A DNA stretch of 64,000 nt, taken from a virus. Its lineage: Duplodnaviria > Caudoviricetes. Below are positions 18,365 to 27,821 of the stretch, one piece after another; the stretch's first letter is position 1; the number at the start of each line of letters is the position of its first letter. The stretch lies in IMG/VR virus record IMGVR_UViG_3300020045_001345, positions 13,920-77,919 of that record; one strand, 5' to 3'. The notes beneath the pieces were generated by a model that saw only the letters and a list, made by a program, of their open reading frames with translations, did no database searches and had not been told where the DNA came from. The position numbers and the translations under genes are program-made.

Positions 18365-18885
18365 TTAATATTAGTCTTAATGATTTACTATTATTTCCAG
18401 AACTATCAAGCTACACAGAAGATGAATTGTTACCAACATACATGGATATTATCACACTACCATTCCTGCATAAGCTTGGACTAGATACAATGCAAGGGTA
18501 TGAGTTTGTAGCTAATAACTTCCGAACTCTGCAAGACACTGTAATCCTCGGTTATCACGTATCAGGTGAGATTAGACGTGATGATGAGTGGCGTAAGAGT
18601 CCATTGTGTAGTACACTTGATCGTATGATTATTACTACCAAAGAAGATATTAGTTTGACACGAGAACTTTGTAGTCTTATGAATTGCTCACTAAATTATA
18701 AGAGTTTTGATATTGGTGAAGAGGAAACTGTGATAGACTACGAAGATGATTGTGAGCCAACTTATGAAGCTGTCAGTGGAATTATGTTAGAGATGCGAGA
18801 GAAGTTGTTAGCTGTTCGTGGAAGTTCTCTTGGAGCTGATGGTGGAATGAAGACATATGAAGAATATTTAGGCTTTGTTGCTTAA
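18361..18885 (+). CDS. Hypothetical protein
   Basis: ATGA overlap; GAGG SD. Confidence 0.7.
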   Translation: MINISLNDLLLFPELSSYTEDELLPTYMDIITLPFLHKLGLDTMQGYEFVANNFRTLQDTVILGYHVSGEIRRDDEWRKSPLCSTLDRMIITTKEDISLTRELCSLMNCSLNYKSFDIGEEETVIDYEDDCEPTYEAVSGIMLEMREKLLAVRGSSLGADGGMKTYEEYLGFVA

Positions 18886-18891
18886 ATACTA

Positions 18892-18934
18892 TTGTAATTT
18901 AGAGGAGTGTATGATACTATATGCGTCCTCTAAA
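18892..18934 (+). promoter_or_regulatory. Putative sigma70 promoter of nrdBA with inverted repeat enclosing the -10 box
   Basis: TTGTAA-17-TGnTACTAT; arms TTTAGAGGA 18898-18906 and TCCTCTAAA 18926-18934. Confidence 0.7.
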
Positions 18935-18960
18935 ATTAATAAGAAAGGAAGAGTGATAGT

Positions 18961-19953
18961 ATGTCAAAGTTACGAGAACCTACTAACAGTTTTACAATCA
19001 AGTATCCAAAACTTGTAGAATACGCAGATTTGCAATTGAATGAATTTTACTGGAAATGGAAAGAAGTGCAAGTAGAGAAAGATAAACATCAGTTTTTAAC
19101 AGAAATCACAGAAGCTGAGAAACATGCTATTTTAACAGCAGCTAAGCTGTTTGTTAAATACGAGAGTTTTGTTGGTAACGAGTTTTGGATGAATCGAGTT
19201 GTGAAGATGTTTCCAAGACCAGAAGTGGAACGACTATCAGCTACGTTCGGAATGGTTGAACTTGCTATTCACAGTCCATTTTATCAGGCATTAAACACAC
19301 AGCTAGGACTTGATACAGATGAGTTCTGGGAAAGTTATGTTGATGATCCTGTGTTAAGTGCTCGTATGGAATATCTAAATAGTTTCATTGACTCTAAAGA
19401 TGATCGTCTGGCTCTTGCTGTATTTAGTATGATGGAGGGAGCTATTCTTTTTAGCAGCTTTGCTTTGTTTAAATCGTTCAATAGCAATGGTCATAACTTG
19501 TTAGTAAATTTTGGTGCTGGAATAAATCAGAGTGCATTGGACGAGGGGTTGCACCACGAAGCAGGAGCTTACTTATTTAAACAAGACTTGAAAGAATCAA
19601 AGCTATCTTTTGAAGAGAAAGAATCTTTGTTTGAGCAAATTAGAGAAGCTGGTGTGCAACTCTATGAGCATGAGGATGCTATTATTGAAAAGTTCCATGA
19701 AAAGGGAGAGCTGCGAGGAATTACAAAAGACCAGTTTAAGATCTTTATTAAGTCCCGTATTAATTTCTGCCTGTTAAATTTTGGTATTGATCCTGTGTTT
19801 GATATTACAGGAGTAGACAATCCAGTAGATGGTTGGTTTGGTGCTAAGATTAAGGGATACATTGCTAATGACTTCTTCAACACTTTAGGTAGAGAGTACT
19901 CTACGAGATTCACAGAAGATAAATTTAGCTGGAAGATTAAGGAGAGTGTATGA
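18961..19953 (+). CDS. nrdB: Class I ribonucleotide reductase beta subunit
   Basis: E..IHS.FY (radical Tyr), EG..+FSSF, DEGLH di-metal ligands. Confidence 0.93.
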   Translation: MSKLREPTNSFTIKYPKLVEYADLQLNEFYWKWKEVQVEKDKHQFLTEITEAEKHAILTAAKLFVKYESFVGNEFWMNRVVKMFPRPEVERLSATFGMVELAIHSPFYQALNTQLGLDTDEFWESYVDDPVLSARMEYLNSFIDSKDDRLALAVFSMMEGAILFSSFALFKSFNSNGHNLLVNFGAGINQSALDEGLHHEAGAYLFKQDLKESKLSFEEKESLFEQIREAGVQLYEHEDAIIEKFHEKGELRGITKDQFKIFIKSRINFCLLNFGIDPVFDITGVDNPVDGWFGAKIKGYIANDFFNTLGREYSTRFTEDKFSWKIKESV

Positions 19954-21716
19954 CTAAGAAAAAAGAATTAAGCTACGAAGATTACTCAGAATTGCGAAAA
20001 CAGGGTCACGAAGATGGTACTGTCCCTTTGTGGATGCAGACAGCAGGATTACAAGTATTCCTTAAAAAGTATTTGTACCAAGCCAAGAATCCATTAGAAC
20101 AGTTTGGACGTATTGCGTACACCCTTAGTAAGTATGCTCCGTTCATGTCAAGCCCATCTGACCCAACTATTTCTTTTCAGAATAAGAAGGAAGTTAGTAT
20201 TTACTGGGAAGATAAGTTCTTTGAGATTCTTTGGAAAGGTTATTTCTGTTGCTCTACACCACTCCTTGCCAACACAGGTACAGATCGAGGACTCCCTGTA
20301 AGCTGTTCTGGCGGTATCCCTATTGAGGACTCTGTAATGGGTTTCAGTGAGGCTGCTAAGGAAGTAGCAATGCTTACCAAGCATGGTTTTGGCACAGCAG
20401 TAGATCTTAGTGCTATTCGTCATAGAGGTGCTGAGTTCAAGGGTGGCGGTGTGGCTGGAGGTGTAGTACCAATTGCTAACTGGATGGATTTTGTAACGAC
20501 AAATGTAAGCCAAGGAGCATCACGTAGAGGAGCTGTTGCATGTTATTTAGACATTCACCACAAAGACTTCTATGAGCTTGCTGATTACCTGCAGCATAAT
20601 CCTGATAAGCTGAATGTAGGTTGGAAAGTCAATGATAAGTTCATTAGTAAACTGGAGTCTGGTAATAAAGAGGCACAGAAGCGATTTGCAAAAGCTTTGT
20701 ATGTAAAATCAGTAACTGGCAAAGGCTATTTTCAATTTATGGATAAAGCTAACCGATTAAAAGGTGAAGCCTATGAAAAAAATAACCTAAGTATAAGTGC
20801 AAGTAATTTATGTAACGAGGTTTTTCTTCACAGTAGCAAAGACTTGACATACACTTGTATTTTGGGTTGGATGAATGGTAGCAAGTGGCTTGATTGGAAA
20901 GATACAGATGCTGTGTTCGTTGCTACTGTTCTGTTAGACTGTGTAGTATCTTATTTCTTGGAAGAAGCTGGAGATATTGATGGTCTTGAAAAGTCTGTGG
21001 CAATGACTAAGAAGGGACGTGCTGTTGGACTTGGTTTTGGAGGACTTCATACGTTATTTCAACAAGAGATGATTCCATTTGAATCTCCAGAGGCGTATAC
21101 GTTGAATAGAGAGATATTTGAGTACATTAATAATGAGTCCTTGAAAGCGTCTAAAGCTCTGGCTGTTGCAGAAGGGGAGCCTGAATGGTGCAAGGGGTTG
21201 GGTATTCGCTTCACACATCGAATGAATGTTGCGCCTACTAAAACTACTGCACTGATTTATGGGGGTGTTAGTGAGGGTATTAGTCCAGATGTAGCTTTAA
21301 GTTTTACTCAGTCTACAGCAGCAGGAGAAGTGGCACGAGTAGCACCTACATTACTTGCTTTAATTAAGAGTAAAGGTTTAAATGTAGAAAATTGTATCGC
21401 TGACGTAGAGAGTAATAAAGGTAGTGTGCAGAAAGTTTCTTGGTTGACAGCTACTGAGAAGCTTGTGTTTAAGACTGGCTTTGAGATTCAGCAAGAGGTT
21501 ATTCTTCGTTTGGCATCTTCTCGACAACGATATATTGATCAAGGACAATCCCTTAATCTATTTATTGATAAACGGCACTCAGAAGAGTATATTTCCTATA
21601 TTCATCAACTTGCTTTTAAAGATCCATATATTAAAGGTTTGTACTATTTGATAGGTAAACGTGAGGGCGATAACGAAGAAGTAGTCGAGCTTGAAGCATG
21701 TGAAAGTTGCACATAA
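19950..21716 (+). CDS. nrdA: Class I ribonucleotide reductase alpha subunit (short form, no ATP cone visible)
   Basis: STP..AN, VSC, SQG..RRGA, SNLCNE, APT, DQGQSLN, GLYY, C-terminal CESC. Confidence 0.95.
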   Translation: MTKKKELSYEDYSELRKQGHEDGTVPLWMQTAGLQVFLKKYLYQAKNPLEQFGRIAYTLSKYAPFMSSPSDPTISFQNKKEVSIYWEDKFFEILWKGYFCCSTPLLANTGTDRGLPVSCSGGIPIEDSVMGFSEAAKEVAMLTKHGFGTAVDLSAIRHRGAEFKGGGVAGGVVPIANWMDFVTTNVSQGASRRGAVACYLDIHHKDFYELADYLQHNPDKLNVGWKVNDKFISKLESGNKEAQKRFAKALYVKSVTGKGYFQFMDKANRLKGEAYEKNNLSISASNLCNEVFLHSSKDLTYTCILGWMNGSKWLDWKDTDAVFVATVLLDCVVSYFLEEAGDIDGLEKSVAMTKKGRAVGLGFGGLHTLFQQEMIPFESPEAYTLNREIFEYINNESLKASKALAVAEGEPEWCKGLGIRFTHRMNVAPTKTTALIYGGVSEGISPDVALSFTQSTAAGEVARVAPTLLALIKSKGLNVENCIADVESNKGSVQKVSWLTATEKLVFKTGFEIQQEVILRLASSRQRYIDQGQSLNLFIDKRHSEEYISYIHQLAFKDPYIKGLYYLIGKREGDNEEVVELEACESCT

Positions 21717-21731
21717 TTATAAAGGATTTAA

Positions 21732-21974
21732 ATGTTAACAGTTTATAGTAAGAATGGATGTAATGCTTGTGAGCAAGCTAAAGCACTTTTGACAAGTAAG
21801 GAGATTGAGTTTGTAGTTAAGAATGTTGATGAAGACTTTGATGCTTATGACTTCATTATCTCAAAGCAACACAGAAGCTTTCCTCAAATCTACAAAGGTG
21901 ATAGCCTATTCGTTCAAGGAGGTTATCAAGGGCTTCTACAAATGTGGAAAGATGGAGAATTAAAAGCAGCATAA
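21732..21974 (+). CDS. Glutaredoxin (NrdC/NrdH-like)
   Basis: YSKNGCNAC..AK, FPQIY, GGY. Confidence 0.9.
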   Translation: MLTVYSKNGCNACEQAKALLTSKEIEFVVKNVDEDFDAYDFIISKQHRSFPQIYKGDSLFVQGGYQGLLQMWKDGELKAA

Positions 21975-21977
21975 AGC

Positions 21978-22017
21978 TTGACAACACTAAGAGAAGCTAC
22001 TACAATGGCTTCTCTTA
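21978..22017 (+). promoter_or_regulatory. sigma70 promoter with a 10-bp inverted repeat enclosing the -10 box
   Basis: TTGACA-17-TACAAT(22001); arms TAAGAGAAGC 21988-21997 and GCTTCTCTTA 22008-22017. Confidence 0.85.
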
Positions 22018-22036
22018 ACAAACTAAGGAGAAACAA

Positions 22037-22405
22037 ATGACACAAATTAAAGAATCTGCAACAGAGTTAAAGAGCATTGTCTCACAAATTGCAAAGAAGA
22101 AAGAACTCTTGAAAGACTACAAAGAGAACAATGAGAAAGTGCAAAAGTTACAAGATTTAATCAAAGAAACTCAAGAAGAAATTAAAGTTATTCTTGCAGC
22201 TGATTTAGATTATTTTGAAGTAGAGAATGAAATGAAGGAGCTTGTAAAAGAGCTTAAGCAAGGAGCTAAGAATGCTTGTAAGAACACTGGTGTGAAACCA
22301 GCAGACTTGATCGCATTTATGAATGCTCAACTTAAAGATGAAGGTGTTGTGAAGGTTGTTGAGAAAGGTCAAATCTTCTCGTCATTACGTAGTCAAACTA
22401 ATTAA
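22037..22405 (+). CDS. Coiled-coil hypothetical protein
   Basis: K/E-rich helical sequence; AAGGAG SD. Confidence 0.75.
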   Translation: MTQIKESATELKSIVSQIAKKKELLKDYKENNEKVQKLQDLIKETQEEIKVILAADLDYFEVENEMKELVKELKQGAKNACKNTGVKPADLIAFMNAQLKDEGVVKVVEKGQIFSSLRSQTN

Positions 22406-22419
22406 TTAAAGGAAACATT

Positions 22420-22647
22420 ATGAACTATTTAGTATTAATCCCAACAATCATTGAACTTATCAAATCAATTGAAATCCTCTTGCCACAGTCTTCCGGTAAA
22501 GATAAACTGGCAGCTGTTATTGCTGCAGTAGCTAATATTGCAGGAGAAGCCAGTGACATTGCTCCTAAGCTTACACCGTTGATTTCAGCTATCGTAGCAG
22601 GCTTGAATATCCTTGGAATCTTTAAGAAGAAAGCTGTCACAATCTAA
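22420..22647 (+). CDS. Small amphipathic protein (holin-like pattern G..KL..V; function unproven)
   Basis: LIKSIE..LP.SSGKDKLAAV...N.LG+FKK. Confidence 0.6.
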   Translation: MNYLVLIPTIIELIKSIEILLPQSSGKDKLAAVIAAVANIAGEASDIAPKLTPLISAIVAGLNILGIFKKKAVTI

Positions 22648-22661
22648 TAGGCGTAAAAATA

Positions 22662-22690
22662 GGGAGGCTCCCACACGGAAGTCTCCCTTA
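22662..22690 (+). terminator. Putative intrinsic terminator
   Basis: GGGAGGCTCC-CACAC-GGAAGTCTCCC-TTT. Confidence 0.55.
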
Positions 22691-22736
22691 ATGCCACCCA
22701 CGGCTCAATCGGTATTGTTAATTCTGAAAGGATGTT

Positions 22737-22940
22737 ATGGACAATGTATTAATTCTCCAACAGCTCGTAGAAGCTGGAGATGCTATTACAGCTCAACTTG
22801 GAAAACCTCAACAAGAATGGCTGCTAGATAATGTAAAGAACCTGAAAGGGTTTGTTGTTACTGAACAGGGAAGAACTGCTTTGTTATTATTTCTTGAAGA
22901 GTTCTGTGACCACACTTTGAAGCTTAAGACAGCACACTGA
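22737..22940 (+). CDS. Hypothetical protein
   Basis: AAGGA SD; last + strand gene of the block. Confidence 0.6.
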   Translation: MDNVLILQQLVEAGDAITAQLGKPQQEWLLDNVKNLKGFVVTEQGRTALLLFLEEFCDHTLKLKTAH

Positions 22941-22954
22941 TAACAGTGACACTG

Positions 22955-22980
22955 AAGGGAGGGGCTTGACGCCCCTCTTT
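22955..22980. terminator. Terminator at the convergence of the + and - gene blocks
   Basis: GAGGGGC-TTGAC-GCCCCTC-TTT. Confidence 0.75.
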
Positions 22981-23090
22981 GCTGCTTATATGCACTATGA
23001 ATTACACCTGCGCTGATGTTTCAGTATTCGTGCAACAGCCTTGTCAGCTACGCCCTAGACTATAGTGCTAAGTGAATAGCTTTATAATCA

Positions 23091-24059
23091 TCAATGAACT
23101 TTAGTGTTAGCGGCAGTTTGTTGACCAGAGCTTCCAGACATTGTTCCCAAGTTTACAATACCTTGAGAAATATGTTGTTGTTGGTTGGCAAGGACAGCCA
23201 ATGCATTTGACAACACTTGCAATTGTTGTTGCTGCTGGCTTTGTACTTGGTTTTGATTAACATTTTGTGTTACGTTAATCTCGACATCTCTGCTACGCTG
23301 AACAGCACGTTGTTCAGCAAGAGCACCCTCTGCAACTGTCAACTGGCGATTGAGTGTTGCATCATTCTGAGCTATTAGCAATGCTCTATTTTTGTCACTC
23401 TCGTCACGAATAGCTGAAATTATTGCATGTTGGGCATTTTGTGTAGCTGTTAAGTTTGCAACACCATAAGATGCTACAGTTTCCTTGACAGCTGAGTTGG
23501 CAGACAAAGAAGAGGCAATTGCATCTGAAATATTCTTATTGATCATTGCCTGACCAGTTATAATATTCGTAGAATGATTGCTAATATTGTTATTAATATC
23601 AGCCTGTGCCCCTGCTAGTGCCAATTGCACCTGTGCCTCGTTGTAAGGAATAGCTGCCTTAATATCCCCCAGTGTTTGTAAAACTGTAGAGTTATTCAGC
23701 GTATCTGTAACTCCAGCCAATGCGGCTGTCAATTGGGTTGGGGTTACAACACCACCCTCAGCACCACCTCCCAAAACACCGTTTCGATTCAGCAGCACAC
23801 CGCCTAAAATACCACCGAGCAATCCAGCCCCCAAGCCGCCACCCACAGCAGCACCTGTACCACCACCTGCGTTTCCCATTAACATAGGAAGAACAGAGCC
23901 TAAGCCATCTTTTTGATAAATATTCACGTCTGGAGTTGTCATTTCAATTTCCTTTTCAAGTTGTTTTACTTCCTGCTCAATATGAGCCGCACGTACAGCG
24001 GAAGCTGTCTCATGCTCTTGCAACGTAGATACTTCTTGCGGAATCATTTCTTCATCCAT
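23091..24059 (-). CDS. Gly-rich membrane-segment plus Asn/Gln-rich coiled-coil protein, function unknown
   Basis: GGGLGAGLLGGILGGVLL, long helical region, poly-Q stretch. Probable starts are 24059 (AAGGAG SD) and in-frame 23942 (AAGGAA SD). Confidence 0.75.
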   Translation of the reverse strand: MDEEMIPQEVSTLQEHETASAVRAAHIEQEVKQLEKEIEMTTPDVNIYQKDGLGSVLPMLMGNAGGGTGAAVGGGLGAGLLGGILGGVLLNRNGVLGGGAEGGVVTPTQLTAALAGVTDTLNNSTVLQTLGDIKAAIPYNEAQVQLALAGAQADINNNISNHSTNIITGQAMINKNISDAIASSLSANSAVKETVASYGVANLTATQNAQHAIISAIRDESDKNRALLIAQNDATLNRQLTVAEGALAEQRAVQRSRDVEINVTQNVNQNQVQSQQQQQLQVLSNALAVLANQQQHISQGIVNLGTMSGSSGQQTAANTKVH

Positions 24060-24216
24060 TTGAAGCTCCTTTACAATAAGAACCTCTTGTATCTCTACAA
24101 GAGTCATTCAGCCACTGACATCATGGCAATACTTAAATATAATGAAACTAATAAAACTTTAACATTAATAATTACAACTAAACTTAAACTCTATTCCATT
24201 TATTGTCTCTACATAA

Positions 24217-24657
24217 TCAGAAATTACTGTCAACGTTCTTTGTTCTGTTGCTGCGTCTATCCTTAACCATTGCTTCCCTTGCCTCAGCGATAAGGGCTGG
24301 AGTGAGGGGGAACAACTCATTAGCTCCTTCTTGCTCTTTAGTAGGCTCGATGATAAGTTCTGGTTGTATTTCTGGCAGAACATCGGATGTAGGCTTTGCT
24401 GGCAATCCCATTTTCTTTGTTGTAACGACTGTGAGTACCCAGTTGACGGCTGCAAAGATACCGCCAGCAATAAGCAAAGCAGTTTCATTATCCAAAGGTA
24501 TTTCATACTTAGTACCTTTCAACAGTCCAACAATAGCTATTAATAGTGCAGCAATAACAGGTTGACCTTCAGCCTGAACCTTCTTCCAGAAAGCTGGATT
24601 AGCTACTTGCTCACCCATCTTCATGAGATTGTAGAGAGCTTTTAATTTAGCAAACAT
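24217..24657 (-). CDS. Putative holin-like membrane protein
   Basis: Two hydrophobic helices (VIAALLIAIVGLL; ALLIAGGIFAAVNWVLTVV); directly follows the endolysin (TAATG overlap). Confidence 0.6.
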   Translation of the reverse strand: MFAKLKALYNLMKMGEQVANPAFWKKVQAEGQPVIAALLIAIVGLLKGTKYEIPLDNETALLIAGGIFAAVNWVLTVVTTKKMGLPAKPTSDVLPEIQPELIIEPTKEQEGANELFPLTPALIAEAREAMVKDRRSNRTKNVDSNF

Positions 24658-25094
24658 TATATAATTCCTTGTGAGTATTTCATCTTACCGCTATTCATTG
24701 TTGCTGTTAACACTTGGTTTCTGTAAGGCTTATCAGCTAATCCAATATGTACCCAAGTTGGCTCGGCTATTAGCTGATCAAACTTAATACCCGAATCACG
24801 TATCAATATTGCTAATTGTCTAGGAGTATATCCTGCAACACTTATGTCAGCAGCAAAGCCTTCAACATGAGCACTGTTTATAGCCCCTCCAACAGCTTTG
24901 TTTAGTGCAGGGCTACGGTAGGCACTACTAACCTTAATTGGCTTGTTTACAAGGCTTCTAACCGCTTCTAGGACGGATGAGAGAGCCTTTAAATGTTCTA
25001 TCACTTCCTTAGAAGGAGTGTTATCAATTCCTTTGGCAATTGCTGTGTTGGAACTGGTAAGCTCCTCTAATGTAAAATGTTCACTGAGGTTCAT
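24657..25094 (-). CDS. Endolysin, peptidase M15A-type Zn peptidase
   Basis: HFTLEEL..S.TA...GIDN.P, SAYRS..LN.AVGG...SAH..G.AAD, WVHIG. Confidence 0.92.
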   Translation of the reverse strand: MNLSEHFTLEELTSSNTAIAKGIDNTPSKEVIEHLKALSSVLEAVRSLVNKPIKVSSAYRSPALNKAVGGAINSAHVEGFAADISVAGYTPRQLAILIRDSGIKFDQLIAEPTWVHIGLADKPYRNQVLTATMNSGKMKYSQGII

Positions 25095-25239
25095 TTAAAT
25101 CTCCAAAGAAGTATAAACGCCATGTTAGCTTTGTCTTAACACTTGTATGAAAAGACTCTGCCAACTTGAACATCATATACTCCAACACTGTGTATGTTAC
25201 AACTACGCCTAACAAAAAGCCTAAGAAGAAAATTAACAT
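25081..25239 (-). CDS. Small membrane protein (52 aa) in the lysis cassette
   Basis: MLIFFLGFLLGVVVTYTVLEY...; TAATG coupling to the upstream gene; overlaps the endolysin start. Confidence 0.55.
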   Translation of the reverse strand: MLIFFLGFLLGVVVTYTVLEYMMFKLAESFHTSVKTKLTWRLYFFGDLNEPQ

Positions 25240-25637
25240 TAGCCAATCACAGACTTAATACTATTCGCAGTGGCTAGGAGCCAACCAACTAAGAGTCCAA
25301 CTGTTACAATAGTGCCAACTGTGACAGTGATTTTAAGCCATAATTTATCAAGTTTATTCTCAAGTCGTTCTAAGTCAAACTTACTTGCAAACTCTTTCTC
25401 GATTTCTTTTTTAAGCTCCCTTTGGTCTGAGACATTCTGTACATTCTGTTCTTTAATCATTACAATAACTTGTGCTACTTGTAGCTTGATTTCTGTTAAG
25501 GCTGTTACGCTCTTGTGATCATTTTCAGCAATCTTCTTCTCCATATCACTCATTCTTTGTTTCGCAACTTCTCTGGCGACAAGATGCATAGCCTCGTCAC
25601 GAGAAATCATTTCTGGTATGTGCTCACTAGGTTCCAT
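25239..25637 (-). CDS. Coiled-coil protein with C-terminal TM helix (holin/XhlA-like)
   Basis: Heptads followed by LWLKITVTVGTIVTVGLLVGWLLA; ATG at 25637 has a GAGG SD. Confidence 0.6.
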   Translation of the reverse strand: MEPSEHIPEMISRDEAMHLVAREVAKQRMSDMEKKIAENDHKSVTALTEIKLQVAQVIVMIKEQNVQNVSDQRELKKEIEKEFASKFDLERLENKLDKLWLKITVTVGTIVTVGLLVGWLLATANSIKSVIG

Positions 25638-25641
25638 AATG

Positions 25642-26148
25642 CTATTCCTCGTTAATAAAATAGACAGGGAATCCCTGATTTTGTAGTTGTTTAACAATTG
25701 CTGCTGGTGTGGCTTTATTACCTAAATTGACATTAGAGAGTTTTCTACACTCTATTAGAAACTCTGCACACTGCCACAGGTTATCTCTTCCAATATTTAA
25801 TAAGCTGAGTTGTCCCTTGATTGCTTGCCATTTAGAATACTCCCCGACACCAACTTGTGAGAGTGCAAACTCTACTTCTGCTGAGGTTGTATCTGAGTTT
25901 AGAGGAATCCAATAGAAGCCATCTTTGACAAAATGTGACAAGGGTTTTATCCTCACCTTTGGGGTGACAGCCTCTACTACAAACAATCTTCCCCCTATAT
26001 CCCACACAAGCCCTACATGGCAGTATTCAGATTCTGTGAATACACGAACAGCCTGTATCTGTAAGTCGTACAGGCTTGCCCATTTATAGTGAGAGAGGGC
26101 TATAATATCCCCACTCTTGATATTACTTCTTATCTCACTATATTTCAT
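25642..26148 (-). CDS. Permuted papain-like amidase (YiiX/YebB-type NlpC/P60)
   Basis: KSGDII, SEY.HVGLV (His first), later QCAEF (Cys), TP..+. Confidence 0.8.
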   Translation of the reverse strand: MKYSEIRSNIKSGDIIALSHYKWASLYDLQIQAVRVFTESEYCHVGLVWDIGGRLFVVEAVTPKVRIKPLSHFVKDGFYWIPLNSDTTSAEVEFALSQVGVGEYSKWQAIKGQLSLLNIGRDNLWQCAEFLIECRKLSNVNLGNKATPAAIVKQLQNQGFPVYFINEE

Positions 26149-26149
26149 A

Positions 26150-26461
26150 TTAGCTGGCTACAAAACCGTATTGAGCTTTCCACACTCTTGCTAATGCTAC
26201 ACTGTTACGAGCAAGAGAGCTTAAATTTGACCAGTAGGTCATTGAAAAGGTTTGTCCAGCAGCATCTGTGAATACTGCTGTCAGTTCACCTTCACTTGCA
26301 CCGTGTGTATCTATGTGGATGATGTGACCACCAGCGAAAGGGAGAGGAATACTGAGAGGGGATGTAGCATAGAAATTATGGTAATCTGCTAGCATCTTAG
26401 GAGGTACTACGGAAGGATCGTTAGTTGCTTCTAAGTATGCTTTGTTTTGTGTGTTTAACAT
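26150..26461 (-). CDS. Hypothetical protein
   Basis: AAGGA SD; operon packing. Confidence 0.7.
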   Translation of the reverse strand: MLNTQNKAYLEATNDPSVVPPKMLADYHNFYATSPLSIPLPFAGGHIIHIDTHGASEGELTAVFTDAAGQTFSMTYWSNLSSLARNSVALARVWKAQYGFVAS

Positions 26462-26477
26462 TTTATTTCCTTTAAGT

Positions 26478-26858
26478 TTATGAAAAGTATAACTTCTTTA
26501 GTGCCATGTTCTCTAAAGCATCAACAGCTGTGTTTAGAATAGAGTTCTTAAGTGTGCTATCCACTCCGACAATACCTTTGGAGATAAGAATGTCGATAGC
26601 TTGAGCTACATCTGGGCGTTTTAAATCAACCCATTTCCTGCTCTGTACATCCTTAATAATAGCTTGAACAAGAACATCTGTAGAAGCCAATACATTGTAT
26701 TTTGCAACACCAAATCTGTCAAAGAATGTTCCAATATCTATGAACCACTCTGTTACATCTGAGGCATCTACTACTGGTTGGTTATTAAGTTCTCTTGAAA
26801 TTTCAACCCCGTACAAGGTTGTAACAAGATATTCACCATCAATATATGTTTCTCTCAT
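26478..26858 (-). CDS. Putative tail-fibre-associated/chaperone protein
   Basis: I....FFDRF pattern; position after tail-tip genes. Confidence 0.5.
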   Translation of the reverse strand: MRETYIDGEYLVTTLYGVEISRELNNQPVVDASDVTEWFIDIGTFFDRFGVAKYNVLASTDVLVQAIIKDVQSRKWVDLKRPDVAQAIDILISKGIVGVDSTLKNSILNTAVDALENMALKKLYFS

Positions 26859-26866
26859 AGTGGTTC

Positions 26867-27355
26867 CTAGAATGTCCTATAATTGTAACCAATGACAATA
26901 GTGGAAGTCTCTGTTAAAGAACTTGCCACCTCCACTAGTAGACTTGTGTTGAAATAGGTTGGTTGGAAAACTACAGGAATTCCTGTAGCGCTCGGAATTG
27001 TTCCTATAATGGAAGTGCCAGATGGTGCTGCATTAATTGCCGCTGAGGTTGAGTCAAATACTACAAGTCCATCAATTGTAACTTTGATTCTATGAGTCCT
27101 AGAGGTAGCATCACCATTGATGGTGAATAGTAGATCTATCTGCCCTGATCCAGACACACTTAGAGCAGATTTAAGTATGTTAGCTGTTACTGCTCCCAGA
27201 GATGTAGTTTTCACTGTTCTGGTAACTTCAGTTGAACTAATTTGATTAACTACTCCTGTAAAGCCTGATGTTGAGTGGGCATTTACTATCGACTTCGTAC
27301 TTTTAAGAGCAACAGCACCAATCTGAGGTGTTTGAAACTCGAATCCACTAGCCAT
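26867..27355 (-). CDS. Putative small tail structural protein
   Basis: S/T/G-rich beta-type composition; position. Confidence 0.55.
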   Translation of the reverse strand: MASGFEFQTPQIGAVALKSTKSIVNAHSTSGFTGVVNQISSTEVTRTVKTTSLGAVTANILKSALSVSGSGQIDLLFTINGDATSRTHRIKVTIDGLVVFDSTSAAINAAPSGTSIIGTIPSATGIPVVFQPTYFNTSLLVEVASSLTETSTIVIGYNYRTF

Positions 27356-27756
27356 TAGTAATCACCTCCAAAGGTTGTAACATTAATTGCTTTAGCAGCT
27401 GTTACCGTAGTTAATGAAGCTATTTTTAGTGTTGCACTTGGCTTTAAGAAGATTGCTCCACTTGTAGGAAGCCAAGGCATCAACAAAGGCTGCAAGCCTG
27501 AAACTGGTGCAGCAGATCCTGTAGTTCCTGCCAGAGCTGGCACAGAAATTGTCCCAACAATAAAGTCAGAAGCACCATTGTTGACTATTAATGTTAAAAT
27601 TTGTGGTGCAGTGTCTGTAGAAGTAATTGCAAGTGTGTCAACTCTAGTGCCAAGAGCACCTGCCGTAACTAATATTTTTGCAGTAGTGGTATCTGCTGGT
27701 AATATTTGAACTGATGTACTGACAATACTACCAGCGAAGATTGGATTAGAAGCCAT
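27355..27756 (-). CDS. Putative small tail structural protein
   Basis: MASNPIF...GGDY beta-rich protein; position. Confidence 0.55.
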   Translation of the reverse strand: MASNPIFAGSIVSTSVQILPADTTTAKILVTAGALGTRVDTLAITSTDTAPQILTLIVNNGASDFIVGTISVPALAGTTGSAAPVSGLQPLLMPWLPTSGAIFLKPSATLKIASLTTVTAAKAINVTTFGGDY

Positions 27757-27821
27757 ATTATTATTTCCTTAATTATTGTGGGTGTATTTAAATTCTTAAC
27801 CTATCAACTAAATTGTGTAGG

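Noticed and set aside
557-22640. Numerous short - strand ORFs within the + strand replication block (and + strand ORFs within the - strand structural block)
   Set aside because: They lie antisense to well-supported genes, lack SDs and show no motifs.
24060-24100. preQ1-I riboswitch-like AGAGGTTCT upstream of the Gly-rich gene
   Set aside because: No complementary 3' stem strand or A-rich tail, and no queuosine-related gene downstream.
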